A stretch of 64,000 bases of DNA from Methanomassiliicoccales archaeon. GTDB taxonomy: Archaea; Thermoplasmatota; Thermoplasmata; Methanomassiliicoccales; JAAEEP01. Of this stretch, positions 48,648 to 58,757 are shown piece after piece. The notes under the pieces are model-generated. The model was not told the origin of the DNA. It was given only the letters and a program-made list of their open reading frames with translations, and made no database searches. Within the stretch, counting starts at the first letter, position 1, and each line of letters opens with the position of its first letter. The stretch spans positions 6,625 to 70,624 of the forward strand of contig JBKHFJ010000006.1 of assembly GCA_046540255.1 (NCBI GenBank). The letters are read 5' to 3'. The position numbers and the translations under genes are program-made.

Positions 48648-49097
48648 TCACTCTTCGGGTAGCTGCATGAATCCGGTGTGCTCGAGGACCGATCGGGCGC
48701 CGTCCAGCCCCCCGTCCAGGTACACCGCGCCCAGCAGGGCCTCCAGGCACTCGGCGAGCAGGCGGGAGGAGCGGTGCCACTCCTCCCTCTCCAGCTCCCC
48801 CTGGCCCCAGTGGACGAACTCCTCCAGCGCCATCTTCTCCGCCAGAAGGGAAAGGGAGGCGGCGCTCACCCGCTCCGAGGTCTCTTGGGAGATCTCCCCT
48901 TTCCTGTTCACCCCTCCTTGGATCAGCCACTCCATCACCAGCAGGCGTAGGACGCCGTCCCCCAGGGTGGCCAGGGCCTCCTGGTTCCGGTCGTAGGAGA
49001 GCTCCCCCATCTCGTTGGACCTTCCCACCGTGGTCAGCGCCCTTTCCAGGAGGCCCCGGTCCGTGAACCGGTACCCGATCCTCTCCTCCAAGCTCAT
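48648..49097 (-). CDS. rnc: Ribonuclease III-like single catalytic domain (no dsRBD)
   Basis: IGYRF.D..LL..ALT, NQEALATLGDGVL and LAECLEALLGAVYLDGG. Confidence 0.8.
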   Translation of the reverse strand: MSLEERIGYRFTDRGLLERALTTVGRSNEMGELSYDRNQEALATLGDGVLRLLVMEWLIQGGVNRKGEISQETSERVSAASLSLLAEKMALEEFVHWGQGELEREEWHRSSRLLAECLEALLGAVYLDGGLDGARSVLEHTGFMQLPEE

Positions 49098-49107
49098 GCC
49101 GTCGCCC

Positions 49108-50184
49108 TCAGGGGAACATGGGCCTGCAGCGGATGAGCTTCTCCATCCTCCTCCGCCCCAGGAAGCGCATGGCCAACTCCAGCCTGAACTGGCCTCCCCA
49201 GCACAGGTTGGACCAGGCCTTGGACCTCATGGCCGTTCTCAAGGGACCTTCCACCTGCCCCTTCCAGAGGCTCTCGTAGCCCATCAGGGGCCTGCCCTCT
49301 CTCACATGGTCCCCGGCCACCTCCCCCGCCAATCGGCCGCAGATCATGGCTATGGGGATGCCTCCCCCGTTCACCGCCATCACGTGCCCGGCCGAGTCCC
49401 CCACCAGGATCACGTTCTCCTTGACGGACCGCTTGACCGGGCCGCCCATGGGCACCATCTTCCCCACCACCCTTCCCGGGCGGAGGTCCTTCCACTCCGC
49501 GAACTCCCGGAAGTGGTCCCGCACGCTCCCCATGGCGAACCTGGGGGAGAGGCCGACGCCGACGTTGGCTTTCCCGTCCTTTGGTATGATCCAGGCGTAG
49601 CCCCCGGGGGCGATGTTGCCGAAGTACATCTCGCATACCGGCTCGAAGTCCCCCTCCACCTGGGAGGTGACCGCGGGGAACAGGTCCCTTATCCGGGGCA
49701 TCCCCACCGACCGGGCCACCCGCGAGACCGGCCCATCGGCTCCTATGACCACACTCGCCCTCACCTTTCCGAAGGAGGTGGACACCTCCCTCCCCTCCCT
49801 GGAGAGGAAGGCGCAGCCGGTCAAGAGCTCCGCCCCCGCCCCCTCAGCCTTCCCGGCGAGGTACTGGTCGAACCCGTCCCGGTCGGTGGTGATCCCCATG
49901 AAGGGAAGGTCCCAGCGCCTCATCCGGGGGGAGAATATCCTGATGCTCTCTATACGGCGGCGGATCAGCCGATCGGGAAGATCGAAGAGCCCGGAGGTGC
50001 TGGCCCGGGGGAAGATCGACCGTAGCTCCTCCTCTTGGGGAAGGAACTCGCCGCACCTCACCGGCACGCCGATCTCCTCCCTACGATCGATCAGCAGGAC
50101 CTCCGCCCCCCTGCGGGCGGCGTGCTCCGCGGCGGTGCTCCCCGCCGGCCCTGCCCCTACCACCAGGACGTCCACTTCCCTCAT
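49108..50184 (-). CDS. Geranylgeranyl reductase family (DGGR-like)
   Basis: VGAGPAG, PVRCGE, APGGYAWIIPK and GDSAGHVMAVNGGGIP. Confidence 0.9.
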   Translation of the reverse strand: MREVDVLVVGAGPAGSTAAEHAARRGAEVLLIDRREEIGVPVRCGEFLPQEEELRSIFPRASTSGLFDLPDRLIRRRIESIRIFSPRMRRWDLPFMGITTDRDGFDQYLAGKAEGAGAELLTGCAFLSREGREVSTSFGKVRASVVIGADGPVSRVARSVGMPRIRDLFPAVTSQVEGDFEPVCEMYFGNIAPGGYAWIIPKDGKANVGVGLSPRFAMGSVRDHFREFAEWKDLRPGRVVGKMVPMGGPVKRSVKENVILVGDSAGHVMAVNGGGIPIAMICGRLAGEVAGDHVREGRPLMGYESLWKGQVEGPLRTAMRSKAWSNLCWGGQFRLELAMRFLGRRRMEKLIRCRPMFP

Positions 50185-50196
50185 GCCATCACCGGA

Positions 50197-51165
50197 TCAG
50201 AAGTCCCTGCTCACCACCAGATCGGCCAGCCTGATGAGCCCCTCCTTGTAGGCGGAGTCAGGCAGTGCCTTCAACGAATCCACGGCCCTCTCCTTGAACC
50301 GGAAGGCATGCTCCCTGGACCTGGCCAGCACCTCTGGGTCCGACAGGTAGCCCATGACCTCGTCCACCTCATCCCCTGTCTTGTCGGGCTTGATGAACAG
50401 CTCCCTGATCCTCCCACCCGGTCCACCGTTGGAGGCGGCCAGGATGAGCGGGAGGGTGGGCTTGCCGTCCAGGAAATCCATTCCCCGGTGCTTGCCCAGC
50501 ACCTTCTCCTCACCGGTCACGTCCAGCACGTCGTCCACGATCTGGAAGGCGATCCCCAGGTTCAGGCCGTAATGGCCCAAGGCCTCGATCCTCTCCGGGG
50601 AGGCCCCGGCCAGCGCCGCCCCGGTCCTGGCCCCGGCCTCGATGGGCTTGGCCGTCTTCCCCTCGATGATCCTCAGGTAGACGTCCACCGGCGTCTCCGG
50701 GTCAAGCTCGTACCGCCCCTGGAGTATCTCGCTCTCCGCCATGCCGGTGCAGGCGTCGGCGATGATGTCGACCAGCTCCTGGTCCAGGAAACCGCCCAGC
50801 CGGAAGCCCCTGACGAACAGAAAGTCCCCGGCGATCAACGCCCTCTGAACCCCGTACTTTCGATAGGCGGTGACCACTCCCCTCCGGGTCTCCCCACCAT
50901 CGTTGATGTCGTCGTGTATCAGGGTGGCGGAGTGGATGATCTCGAAGGCGGCCGCCACACCGATGACCCTCCTGGTGTCGCTGCCGCCGCAGGCGTAGTG
51001 GGAGAGCAGGGTCACGCCGGGCCGGATGCGCTTGCCCCCTGAACCGATGACGTGCATCGATATCTCGGTGAGCAGGTCCTGTTGGGACCGCACGTTCGTC
51101 CTAATCTCCTGTTCCACCATCTGCAGCTCGTCTGCGATGGAACTGTCCCAACTGGGGGGCATCAT
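50197..51165 (-). CDS. Long-chain polyprenyl diphosphate synthase
   Basis: GGKRIRP, FARM IHDDIND with Ala at -5, RRG, KTA and SARM FQIVDDVLD. Confidence 0.88.
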   Translation of the reverse strand: MMPPSWDSSIADELQMVEQEIRTNVRSQQDLLTEISMHVIGSGGKRIRPGVTLLSHYACGGSDTRRVIGVAAAFEIIHSATLIHDDINDGGETRRGVVTAYRKYGVQRALIAGDFLFVRGFRLGGFLDQELVDIIADACTGMAESEILQGRYELDPETPVDVYLRIIEGKTAKPIEAGARTGAALAGASPERIEALGHYGLNLGIAFQIVDDVLDVTGEEKVLGKHRGMDFLDGKPTLPLILAASNGGPGGRIRELFIKPDKTGDEVDEVMGYLSDPEVLARSREHAFRFKERAVDSLKALPDSAYKEGLIRLADLVVSRDF

Positions 51166-51264
51166 CCGGCCTAACGAAGATTCCGTACTTAACCATTACT
51201 AGGATACATTTCGCAATGCCGGTGTCAGATCAGGGGGATGAAAAGGAAGGGGAAGTGGTTTGGA

Positions 51265-52707
51265 TCAGGAGAAGAACACGCTGGCCGCTTCCCTGCAGGC
51301 CTCTATGACCGGGTCCGGGTAGATACCCATCACCACGGTGGCCACCACCGTTATCAGGATGGCCGCGGCCATGGGGGTGGGGATCCTGATGCGATCCTCC
51401 GGTCCCCTCTCCACGTACATGTACTTGATCACCCGCACGTAATAGTACAGCGACAGGGCGCTGTTCAGCACGCCGGCCACGGCGAGCCACACCACCCAGG
51501 AGTCCCCCGGCATCACCGAGGCGTCGACGGCGCTGGAGAAGAGCACGAACTTGGAGGCGAATCCGGACAGCGGCGGTATGCCAGCCAGGGAGAAGAGCAG
51601 CAGGGTCATGGCGAACGCCAGCAGGGGGGCCCTCTTGGCCAGGCCCTTGTAGTCCGCCAGGCGCTCTCCCAGGGCCGCCATGGACAGCGACGCCACTATG
51701 ATGAACGCGCCTCCCTTCATGAAGGCGTGGGTGATGATGTGGAACATCCCGCCGGCCAGGGCGTACTCGGTGGCGATGGGCAGCACGATCAGGATGTACC
51801 CCGCCTGGGCGATGCTGGAGTAGGCCAGCATGCGCTTGATGTTCCCCTGGTTGATCGCCAGGACGTTGCCAAGGGTCATGGTGACCACGGCGATCACGGA
51901 AACGGCCACCTCCCAGTCAGCCTTGATGGCGATCAGTCCGATCAGGAAGATCTTGAACAGGGCCACTAGACCCATCTTCTTGGAGCCCGCCGCCAGGAAG
52001 GAGGTGATGGTGGTGGGGGCGCCCTCGTACACATCGGGTGCCCACATGTGGAAGGGGACCAGGGCCACCTTGAACCCGAATCCGCCGATGAGCATGATCA
52101 GGGAGAGGTAGATCGCCGGGTTCCCTTCCATGTCGGCGATCGTGGCCCCGATCTCCGAGAAGTGGATGGTCCCGGTGATGCCGTAGAGCAGGGAGATGCC
52201 GTACAGGGCTATGGCCGAGGAGAAGGCGCCGATGATGAAGTACTTGGTCGCCGCCTCGGCCCCCCTCTGGTCCTTCTTGCGGAAGCCCACCAGTGCGAAG
52301 GAGGCTATGCTGGCCAGCTCGATGCCCACGAACAGGGTGATCAGGTCGAGGGAGGAGGCCACCACCATCATGCCCACGGTCGAGAGCATGATCAGGCTGT
52401 AGTACTCCGACAGATGCTTCTCCCCACGCACGTAGGGTATGGAGGCGAGCACCACGAACAGAGCCACCCCCAGGAACACCAGCTTGAACAGCGCGGCGAA
52501 CAGGTCCATCTGCAGCAGGCCCTCGAAGACCACCGCGTCGGTGTCGCCCAGAATGAACTGGACCACCAGGGCTATGGAGGCGCCTATGCCCACCAGGGCG
52601 AAGGCGCCCACCAGCCTGTCCGATTTGGACACCAGGTAGACGGCCGGTAGGACGGCCGCGAACACGATCATCACTATCTCGGGCAGGATGGGCGCAATGT
52701 CGGTCAT
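51265..52707 (-). CDS. nuoN: Fpo/Nuo subunit N
   Basis: EAATKYF, FKVALVPFHMWAPDVYEGAP and KRMLAYSS. Confidence 0.93.
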   Translation of the reverse strand: MTDIAPILPEIVMIVFAAVLPAVYLVSKSDRLVGAFALVGIGASIALVVQFILGDTDAVVFEGLLQMDLFAALFKLVFLGVALFVVLASIPYVRGEKHLSEYYSLIMLSTVGMMVVASSLDLITLFVGIELASIASFALVGFRKKDQRGAEAATKYFIIGAFSSAIALYGISLLYGITGTIHFSEIGATIADMEGNPAIYLSLIMLIGGFGFKVALVPFHMWAPDVYEGAPTTITSFLAAGSKKMGLVALFKIFLIGLIAIKADWEVAVSVIAVVTMTLGNVLAINQGNIKRMLAYSSIAQAGYILIVLPIATEYALAGGMFHIITHAFMKGGAFIIVASLSMAALGERLADYKGLAKRAPLLAFAMTLLLFSLAGIPPLSGFASKFVLFSSAVDASVMPGDSWVVWLAVAGVLNSALSLYYYVRVIKYMYVERGPEDRIRIPTPMAAAILITVVATVVMGIYPDPVIEACREAASVFFS

Positions 52708-54213
52708 TCAGATCACCCCCAGGAGCCCGGATACGATCTCGGTCGCCGGCGTGATCATGTCCATCACCAGGCCGGGTAGGACACCGAACAACACTATCAG
52801 CACGGCCAGCACCGCAAGGGGCGCGCCCTCGTACCAGTTCACGTCCCTCAGGTGGGAGGTATCGATCTTCTCGGTCAGGTTCCCGAACATGGATCTCTGA
52901 AGTGCCCACAGGAAGTAGGCGGCGGTGATGGCCACGCTCGCTATGGGTATGATCAGGATCCACCCGAACGCGTCGAAGGTGGCCAGGAACACCGAGAACT
53001 CGGGCACGAAACTCACCAGTCCGGGCAGGCCGAGTCCGGCCAGGAAGCCGATGGCCATGAAGGTGGTCGCGGCCGGCATCTTGGGGGCTATCCCACCCAG
53101 CAGGGGGATGTCCCTGGTACCGGTCTTGTGCTGGATCACGCCGCACATCATGAACAGGACGGCCGTCACCAGCCCGTGGGCGAACATCTGGAACACCCCG
53201 GCGGCCAGGCCCAGATCGGAAAGCGTGGCGAAGCCCAGAAGGACGATCCCCATGTGGCTGATGGAGGAGAAGGCCACCATCTTCTTGAGGTCCCTCTGGG
53301 CGAGGGAGGCGAACGCCCCGTACAGGATGGACAGCACCGCGATGGCCAGCATGATGGGAACGAAGGCCTCCGCCCCCTCGGGAAGGGAGGGGAGGGCGAT
53401 CCTTATCAGACCGTAGGAACCCATCTTCAGTAGGAGCCCGGCCAGCAGGACGCTGCCCGCGGTGGGGGCCTCCACATGGGCGTCCGGCAGCCAGGTGTGG
53501 AAGGGGACCACCGGCATCTTCACGCCGAAGCCGAAGAACAGGGCCCCGAACACCGCTATCTGGAACAGCGAGTTGAAGTCCCCGCTCACCATGGCGATCT
53601 CCTGCATGCCGAAGGAGGGGTGTCCGATGAGGTCCTCCAGCATGGGCGCGGCCTCGAAGTACATGGCCATGATGGCCAGGAGCATGGCCAGGGACGCCAC
53701 GTGGGTGTAGATGAAGAACTTGATGGAGGCGTACGCCCTCCTGGGACCTCCCCAGATGGCGATGAGGAAGTACATCGGGATCAGGACCACCTCCCAGAAC
53801 ACGTAGAACAGGAAGTAGTCCAGGGAGGTGAACACGCCCAGGACGCCCACCTCGAGCACCAGCATCAGGCCCATGTACTCGTGGGGGCGCTTCTCCACGT
53901 CCCAGGAGAACAGGATCGCCAGGAAGCACAGGAGGGTGGTGAGCAGCACCATCAGCATGCCGATGCCGTCCACGCCCAGGGTGTACGATATGCCCAGGCT
54001 CCCTATCCATGCGTGGCTCTCGGTGAACTGGAAAGCGCCGATGTCCATGTTGAACCCGGTGAGCAGGGTCACCGAGAGTGCCAGCGGTATCGCGGAGAAG
54101 ATCAGTGCGATGATCCTGGCCCGCACCGGGTCGCTCCCCGAGAGCAAGGCCAGCACCGCTCCGATCAGTGGTAGGAAGACTATGATGGACAGTATAGGTA
54201 TGTCTCCGAACAT
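52708..54213 (-). CDS. nuoM: Fpo/Nuo subunit M
   Basis: FYVFWE, VKMPVVPFHTWLPDAHVEAP and KKMVAFSS. Confidence 0.93.
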   Translation of the reverse strand: MFGDIPILSIIVFLPLIGAVLALLSGSDPVRARIIALIFSAIPLALSVTLLTGFNMDIGAFQFTESHAWIGSLGISYTLGVDGIGMLMVLLTTLLCFLAILFSWDVEKRPHEYMGLMLVLEVGVLGVFTSLDYFLFYVFWEVVLIPMYFLIAIWGGPRRAYASIKFFIYTHVASLAMLLAIMAMYFEAAPMLEDLIGHPSFGMQEIAMVSGDFNSLFQIAVFGALFFGFGVKMPVVPFHTWLPDAHVEAPTAGSVLLAGLLLKMGSYGLIRIALPSLPEGAEAFVPIMLAIAVLSILYGAFASLAQRDLKKMVAFSSISHMGIVLLGFATLSDLGLAAGVFQMFAHGLVTAVLFMMCGVIQHKTGTRDIPLLGGIAPKMPAATTFMAIGFLAGLGLPGLVSFVPEFSVFLATFDAFGWILIIPIASVAITAAYFLWALQRSMFGNLTEKIDTSHLRDVNWYEGAPLAVLAVLIVLFGVLPGLVMDMITPATEIVSGLLGVI

Positions 54214-54217
54214 TGTA

Positions 54218-56158
54218 TCACCCCAGTGCTCCTGTCAGGTACAGGATGACCAGTATCGCGGTCAACCCGACGATCATCACGGTGGCGTAGCTCTGGACCA
54301 TCCCGGTCTGGGACTTCCTGAACCGCTGGCCGAACTCCACTATGCCGTAGGAGGCGCCGTTCACCACGCCGTCGATGACCCTCTGATCGAAGAAGTTCAC
54401 CGCCCGGGAGAACCCGTAGATCACCTTCTCCCCGAAGGCATCGTATCCGGCGGTGAATCCGTACCTCTCGGTGAGCACCCTGTGGATCTTCCTGAGTCCC
54501 GGGGTGGAGACGAACAGGTCGGAGGAGATCGCCCTCCGGCTGTAGATGGCGTAGGCTAGCAGCACCCCCGCCACCGCCAGCACGATGGAAAGGTAGGTCA
54601 GCGGGTCGGTGAATATCTTCTCCATCCACCCCAGGGCGGTCAGCTCGTGGGGGTGCCCGAAGAAGATCCGTCCGGCGAAGCCGTTCCCTATGAACAGGGT
54701 GAACCCGGAGGCGGTGGCGAACATGGCCAGTATCCCCAGTGGACCGGTCATGGTTCCCGGGGACTCATGGGCCTTCCCGCTCGCCTCCCCCTCGGGGCCG
54801 GCGAAGGTCATGTACCACAGCCTGAACATGTAGAAGGCGGTCATGAACGCGGTGATGATCCCCATGAGCCACAGGATCGCGAAGACGGCGTTCACGTCCC
54901 CGGCATGCCACACCGAGGCCAGCACCTCGTCCTTGCTCCAGAAACCGCTGAAGGGAGGTAAACCTGAGATGGACAGCGCGCCGATCAGCATGGCTATCGA
55001 GGTGAGCTTCATCTTCCTGTGCAACCCGCCCATCAGGCGCATGTCCTCGGTGCCCACCGCGTGGATGACCGAGCCGGCGCACAGGAACAGCAACGCCTTG
55101 AAGAAGGCGTGATTCATCATATGGAACATCCCGGCGGTGTAACCCTCGGCCGCGTGACCGTGGTAGACCATGTAACCGCCGGCCCCCAGCGCCAGGATCA
55201 TGTATCCCAGCTGGGAGATGGTGGAGTAGGCCAGCACCCGCTTGATGTTGGGGTTGTTCAGCGCCATGGAGGCGGCGAATATGGCGGTGAAGCCTCCCAC
55301 GATGGCCACCACCAGCAGCGTCTCCGGCGTCTGCACGAACAGGGGATAGGACCTGGCCACCAGGTACACGCCCGCCTTGACCATGGTGGCGGCATGTATC
55401 AGGGCGGAGACGGTGGTGGGCCCCTCCATCGCGTCCGGCAGCCAGTCGTGGAGGGGGAACTGGGCGCTCTTCCCTATGGCGCCACCGAATATGAAGAGGG
55501 TGGCCAGGGTCAGCAGTCCCAGCTCCTCGCCGGACGCCTCGACGGCGAACAGCTCGCTGAAGTTGAGCGTCTTGAAGGTGGTGAGCAGGATGATCAGGCC
55601 GACCATGAACATGATGTCCCCGATCCTGGTCACCAGGAAGGCCTTCTTGGCGGCGGAGGCGGCGGAGGGCTTGTGGTACCAGAAGCCTATGAGCAGGTAG
55701 GAGCACAGCCCCACCAGCTCCCAGAAGATGAACAGCTCCAGGAAGTTGTTGGCCATCACCAGGCCGAACATGACCCCGATGAACAGTGAGATCTCGGCGT
55801 AGTAGCGCCGCTTCCTCCTTCCCTCGTGGTCCATGTATCCCAGGGAGTAGATCACCACCAGGGTGCTAATGATCGAGACCACCAGGAGCATCAGCGCGGT
55901 CAGGGTGTCGATGTATATGCCCACCTCGAAGGAGTACTCCGAGGTCAGCTGTATCCAGGAGTGACTCTGCTCGAACACCCCGTAGGTGCCGTCCAGCACC
56001 GGTATGGCCACCAGGATGGAGAGGACCATGGAGGCCAGCGACCCGATGATGGCGATGAAGCCTCCGCCCTCCCTGAGCTTGTTTCCGAACAGCCCCACGA
56101 TGATGAAGGCGATGAGCGGGAATATCGGGATGAGCCAGGCGTAGTCAATTATCTCCAA
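54218..56158 (-). CDS. nuoL: Fpo/Nuo subunit L
   Basis: WELVGLCSY, KSAQFPLHDWLPDAMEGPT and HAFFKALLF. Confidence 0.93.
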   Translation of the reverse strand: MEIIDYAWLIPIFPLIAFIIVGLFGNKLREGGGFIAIIGSLASMVLSILVAIPVLDGTYGVFEQSHSWIQLTSEYSFEVGIYIDTLTALMLLVVSIISTLVVIYSLGYMDHEGRRKRRYYAEISLFIGVMFGLVMANNFLELFIFWELVGLCSYLLIGFWYHKPSAASAAKKAFLVTRIGDIMFMVGLIILLTTFKTLNFSELFAVEASGEELGLLTLATLFIFGGAIGKSAQFPLHDWLPDAMEGPTTVSALIHAATMVKAGVYLVARSYPLFVQTPETLLVVAIVGGFTAIFAASMALNNPNIKRVLAYSTISQLGYMILALGAGGYMVYHGHAAEGYTAGMFHMMNHAFFKALLFLCAGSVIHAVGTEDMRLMGGLHRKMKLTSIAMLIGALSISGLPPFSGFWSKDEVLASVWHAGDVNAVFAILWLMGIITAFMTAFYMFRLWYMTFAGPEGEASGKAHESPGTMTGPLGILAMFATASGFTLFIGNGFAGRIFFGHPHELTALGWMEKIFTDPLTYLSIVLAVAGVLLAYAIYSRRAISSDLFVSTPGLRKIHRVLTERYGFTAGYDAFGEKVIYGFSRAVNFFDQRVIDGVVNGASYGIVEFGQRFRKSQTGMVQSYATVMIVGLTAILVILYLTGALG

Positions 56159-56159
56159 T

Positions 56160-56462
56160 CTACCACCTCAGCAGGTTTATCTCGTCAAGGTCGATCGTCC
56201 CCCTGGCCCGGTTCAGGTTCATCAGTATGGCCAGACCCACGGCCACCTCTGCCGCCGCTATGGCTATGGAGAAGAGGGCGAATATCTGGCCCTTGACGTC
56301 GTTGAAGTAGGAGGAGAAGGTGACGAAGTTGATGTTGGCGGCGTTCAGCATGATCTCGATGCTCATCAGCACGATGATCGCGTTCCTCTTGGTCAGAACG
56401 CCAAAGACGCCTATGAGGAATAATATGGCGCTAAGGGCCAGGAAGTACTCCATGGGTATCAT
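56160..56462 (-). CDS. nuoK: Fpo/Nuo subunit K
   Basis: [10 protein letters not shown] and [10 protein letters not shown]. Confidence 0.93.
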   Translation of the reverse strand: MIPMEYFLALSAILFLIGVFGVLTKRNAIIVLMSIEIMLNAANINFVTFSSYFNDVKGQIFALFSIAIAAAEVAVGLAILMNLNRARGTIDLDEINLLRW

Positions 56463-56701
56463 TCTTCATCCTCCTCCTTGGCTATGAACACACCTCCCAT
56501 CATGGCGGCGAACATGATCAGCCCCAGGATGAAGAAGGTCACGCCGTACAGCTCGAAGGTACTGCTGCCCAGCGTCTCCAGCCCGATGTGGGTCAGCTCC
56601 CCCGCCGGCCAGACCGTGAACACCAGGGAGCCGAGGACGAACAGGGCTAGGAACAGCACGGCAAGGCCGGCCATGAACTGCTGCCTATTCATATCGCCCA
56701 C
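56459..56701 (-). CDS. nuoJ: Fpo/Nuo subunit J2 (C-terminal half)
   Basis: Two TM helices with FELYG; split J arrangement. Confidence 0.8.
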   Translation of the reverse strand: MGDMNRQQFMAGLAVLFLALFVLGSLVFTVWPAGELTHIGLETLGSSTFELYGVTFFILGLIMFAAMMGGVFIAKEEDEE

Positions 56702-56954
56702 CCCCCAGCAGCCTGCGCTTGGTCAGCATGATACCGAACAGGATCAGCACACTGACCGCTCCCACGTATATCAGGATCTGGATAAGAGCGACGTACTCGG
56801 CCTCCAGGAACAGGAAGGTGATGGCCACTCCGATGAACATCAGCGCCAGGTACATCACCGACCTCACTATGTCCTTGGATAGCATGATCGATACGGCCGC
56901 CGCGATGGTCACGGCGGCGAAGATCAGGAAGAACATCAATTGCCAGTCTATCAT
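56685..56954 (-). CDS. nuoJ: Fpo/Nuo subunit J1 (N-terminal half)
   Basis: AEYVALIQILIYVGAVSVL; GGAGGT RBS before the ATG at 56954. Confidence 0.88.
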   Translation of the reverse strand: MIDWQLMFFLIFAAVTIAAAVSIMLSKDIVRSVMYLALMFIGVAITFLFLEAEYVALIQILIYVGAVSVLILFGIMLTKRRLLGGGRYE

Positions 56955-57685
56955 AGGACCTCCTCCATTTCCAGCGCGTCCTTGGGGCATGCCTCCAGGC
57001 AGTTCTCGCATCCGATGCACTCGGAGTAGTCGAACCTGGGCCTCTTGATCGGCTTCCCCTTCTTGTTCTTGCCCACCTCAACCATCTCCACGCAGTCCAT
57101 AGGACAGACCTTCTTGCAGCGGCCGCATCCGATGCACAGCTCCTCCTTTAACCTGGGGACGTCCTTGACGTCCTGGAGGCGGACCTCTACCGCCTCCTCC
57201 CCCCTTGCCAGCTCCGAGGCCAGCACCTCGTGCCTGTGGACCTCATAGCCGGGCTTGTGCTCGTAAACCAGCTCGTGGGGGGACATGATGAAGTCCCTCC
57301 TTTGGTTGCTGGCCAGCTCGTATTCCGGGGTCACGATGAAGGCGTCGGTGGGGCAGTACTCGGCGCAGTAGCCGCACATCATGCATCTCCCCACGTCCAC
57401 CTGGGGGCGCTTGCACTTCTCCCCCTCGACCTCGACCTCCACCAGCTCAATGCACTTGTTGGGGCAGATGCGAACGCAGATCCCACAGGCGATGCACTTC
57501 TCGATGATCAGCCCGGGCCTGCCCCGGAAGCAATCGGGCAGTTCAAGCTTCTCGTAGGGGTACATCACGGTGAATGGACGGTGCAGCGTGGACCGGATTG
57601 TCTGCTTCAAGGTGACCGCCATCGGACGAAGCACGATCCCGGTCGCCTTGGGCGGTTTCTTCTTCACTGTCCGCTTTGCCTCCAT
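56951..57685 (-). CDS. nuoI: Fpo/Nuo subunit I with four [4Fe-4S] motifs
   Basis: TVMYP, FRG, CIACGICVRICP, CMMCGYCAEYCP, CIGCGRCKKVCP and CIGCENCLEACP. Confidence 0.9.
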   Translation of the reverse strand: MEAKRTVKKKPPKATGIVLRPMAVTLKQTIRSTLHRPFTVMYPYEKLELPDCFRGRPGLIIEKCIACGICVRICPNKCIELVEVEVEGEKCKRPQVDVGRCMMCGYCAEYCPTDAFIVTPEYELASNQRRDFIMSPHELVYEHKPGYEVHRHEVLASELARGEEAVEVRLQDVKDVPRLKEELCIGCGRCKKVCPMDCVEMVEVGKNKKGKPIKRPRFDYSECIGCENCLEACPKDALEMEEVL

Positions 57686-58753
57686 CTAGAACCACCCCAC
57701 CGATTTCAGGACCACCGCTATCACCAGGTTGACGATGGCCAGGGGGAGCAGCCTCCTCCACCCGATGTTCAGGATCTGATCGGTCCTGACCCGTGGGAGG
57801 GAGCCCCTTACCCAGATCCATACGAAGAATATGATGAACACCTTGATGAGGAACCAGGCCTCGGGCGGGAGCCAGGGGCCGTTCCATCCGCCCAGGAAGA
57901 GGATGGTGGCGATGGCCGCGCCGGCGTAGCCACGCAGGTACCCGGCAAGCATGATCAGTCCAAAGCGGAGACCGCCGTACTCGGTCCCCCATCCCTCCAC
58001 CAGCTCGGCCTCTGCCTCCGGCAGATCGAAGGGGATCCTCTCCACCTCGGCGTTCATGGCGATCATGAACACGATGAATCCCACGATCTGGGGTATGATA
58101 TACCAGGCGTTCTGCTGGGCCTCCACGATCTCCCCGAAGTTGAGGCTTCCCGCAAGAAGCACCACCCCCGCTATGGAGAGGAGCAGGGGTATCTCGTAGC
58201 TGATGAGCTGGGCGGCCGATCTCATCCCACCGATCAGGGTGTACTTGTTGTTGGCCGCCCACCCCCCTATGATTATGGCGAAGGGGGCCAGGCTGAAGAC
58301 GGCGAAGAGCAGGATCAGTCCGGCGGCGGTGTCTATAAGGAAGACCCGGTCGCTGATGGGAAGGATGCCCACCAGAAGGACGGAGGAGCCGATGAGAATG
58401 ACCGGTGCCCAGTTGTAACCACCCTCCCAGGCCTTTTCGGGCAGGATGATCTCCTTCAGGAAGGTCTTCATGCCGTCGGCGACCTGCTGGAAGTATCCCA
58501 GCGGGCCCACACGGGTGGCCCTCCTGTCCATCAGTCTGCCCAGGGTCTTCCTCTCCTGCCAGATCATGGTGATCGCTATGATCATGCCCACGCCCAGGAT
58601 GATGGTGGCCTGCCCGAAGTAGGTGAGGAAGGCGATGACGTCGGGCGATCCCAGCCAGTCGGCCAGGCCGTGCAGGCCGAGCCAGTCGATGATGTAGTTG
58701 ATGATGCTCACTAGCCAGGATACGATCCCTTCGGTGAATGTGTACAGGTCCAT
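57686..58753 (-). CDS. nuoH: Fpo/Nuo subunit H
   Basis: ERK..R..DR.A..VGP.G..Q..ADG.K and PFDLPEAEAELV. Confidence 0.93.
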   Translation of the reverse strand: MDLYTFTEGIVSWLVSIINYIIDWLGLHGLADWLGSPDVIAFLTYFGQATIILGVGMIIAITMIWQERKTLGRLMDRRATRVGPLGYFQQVADGMKTFLKEIILPEKAWEGGYNWAPVILIGSSVLLVGILPISDRVFLIDTAAGLILLFAVFSLAPFAIIIGGWAANNKYTLIGGMRSAAQLISYEIPLLLSIAGVVLLAGSLNFGEIVEAQQNAWYIIPQIVGFIVFMIAMNAEVERIPFDLPEAEAELVEGWGTEYGGLRFGLIMLAGYLRGYAGAAIATILFLGGWNGPWLPPEAWFLIKVFIIFFVWIWVRGSLPRVRTDQILNIGWRRLLPLAIVNLVIAVVLKSVGWF

Positions 58754-58757
58754 TGTA

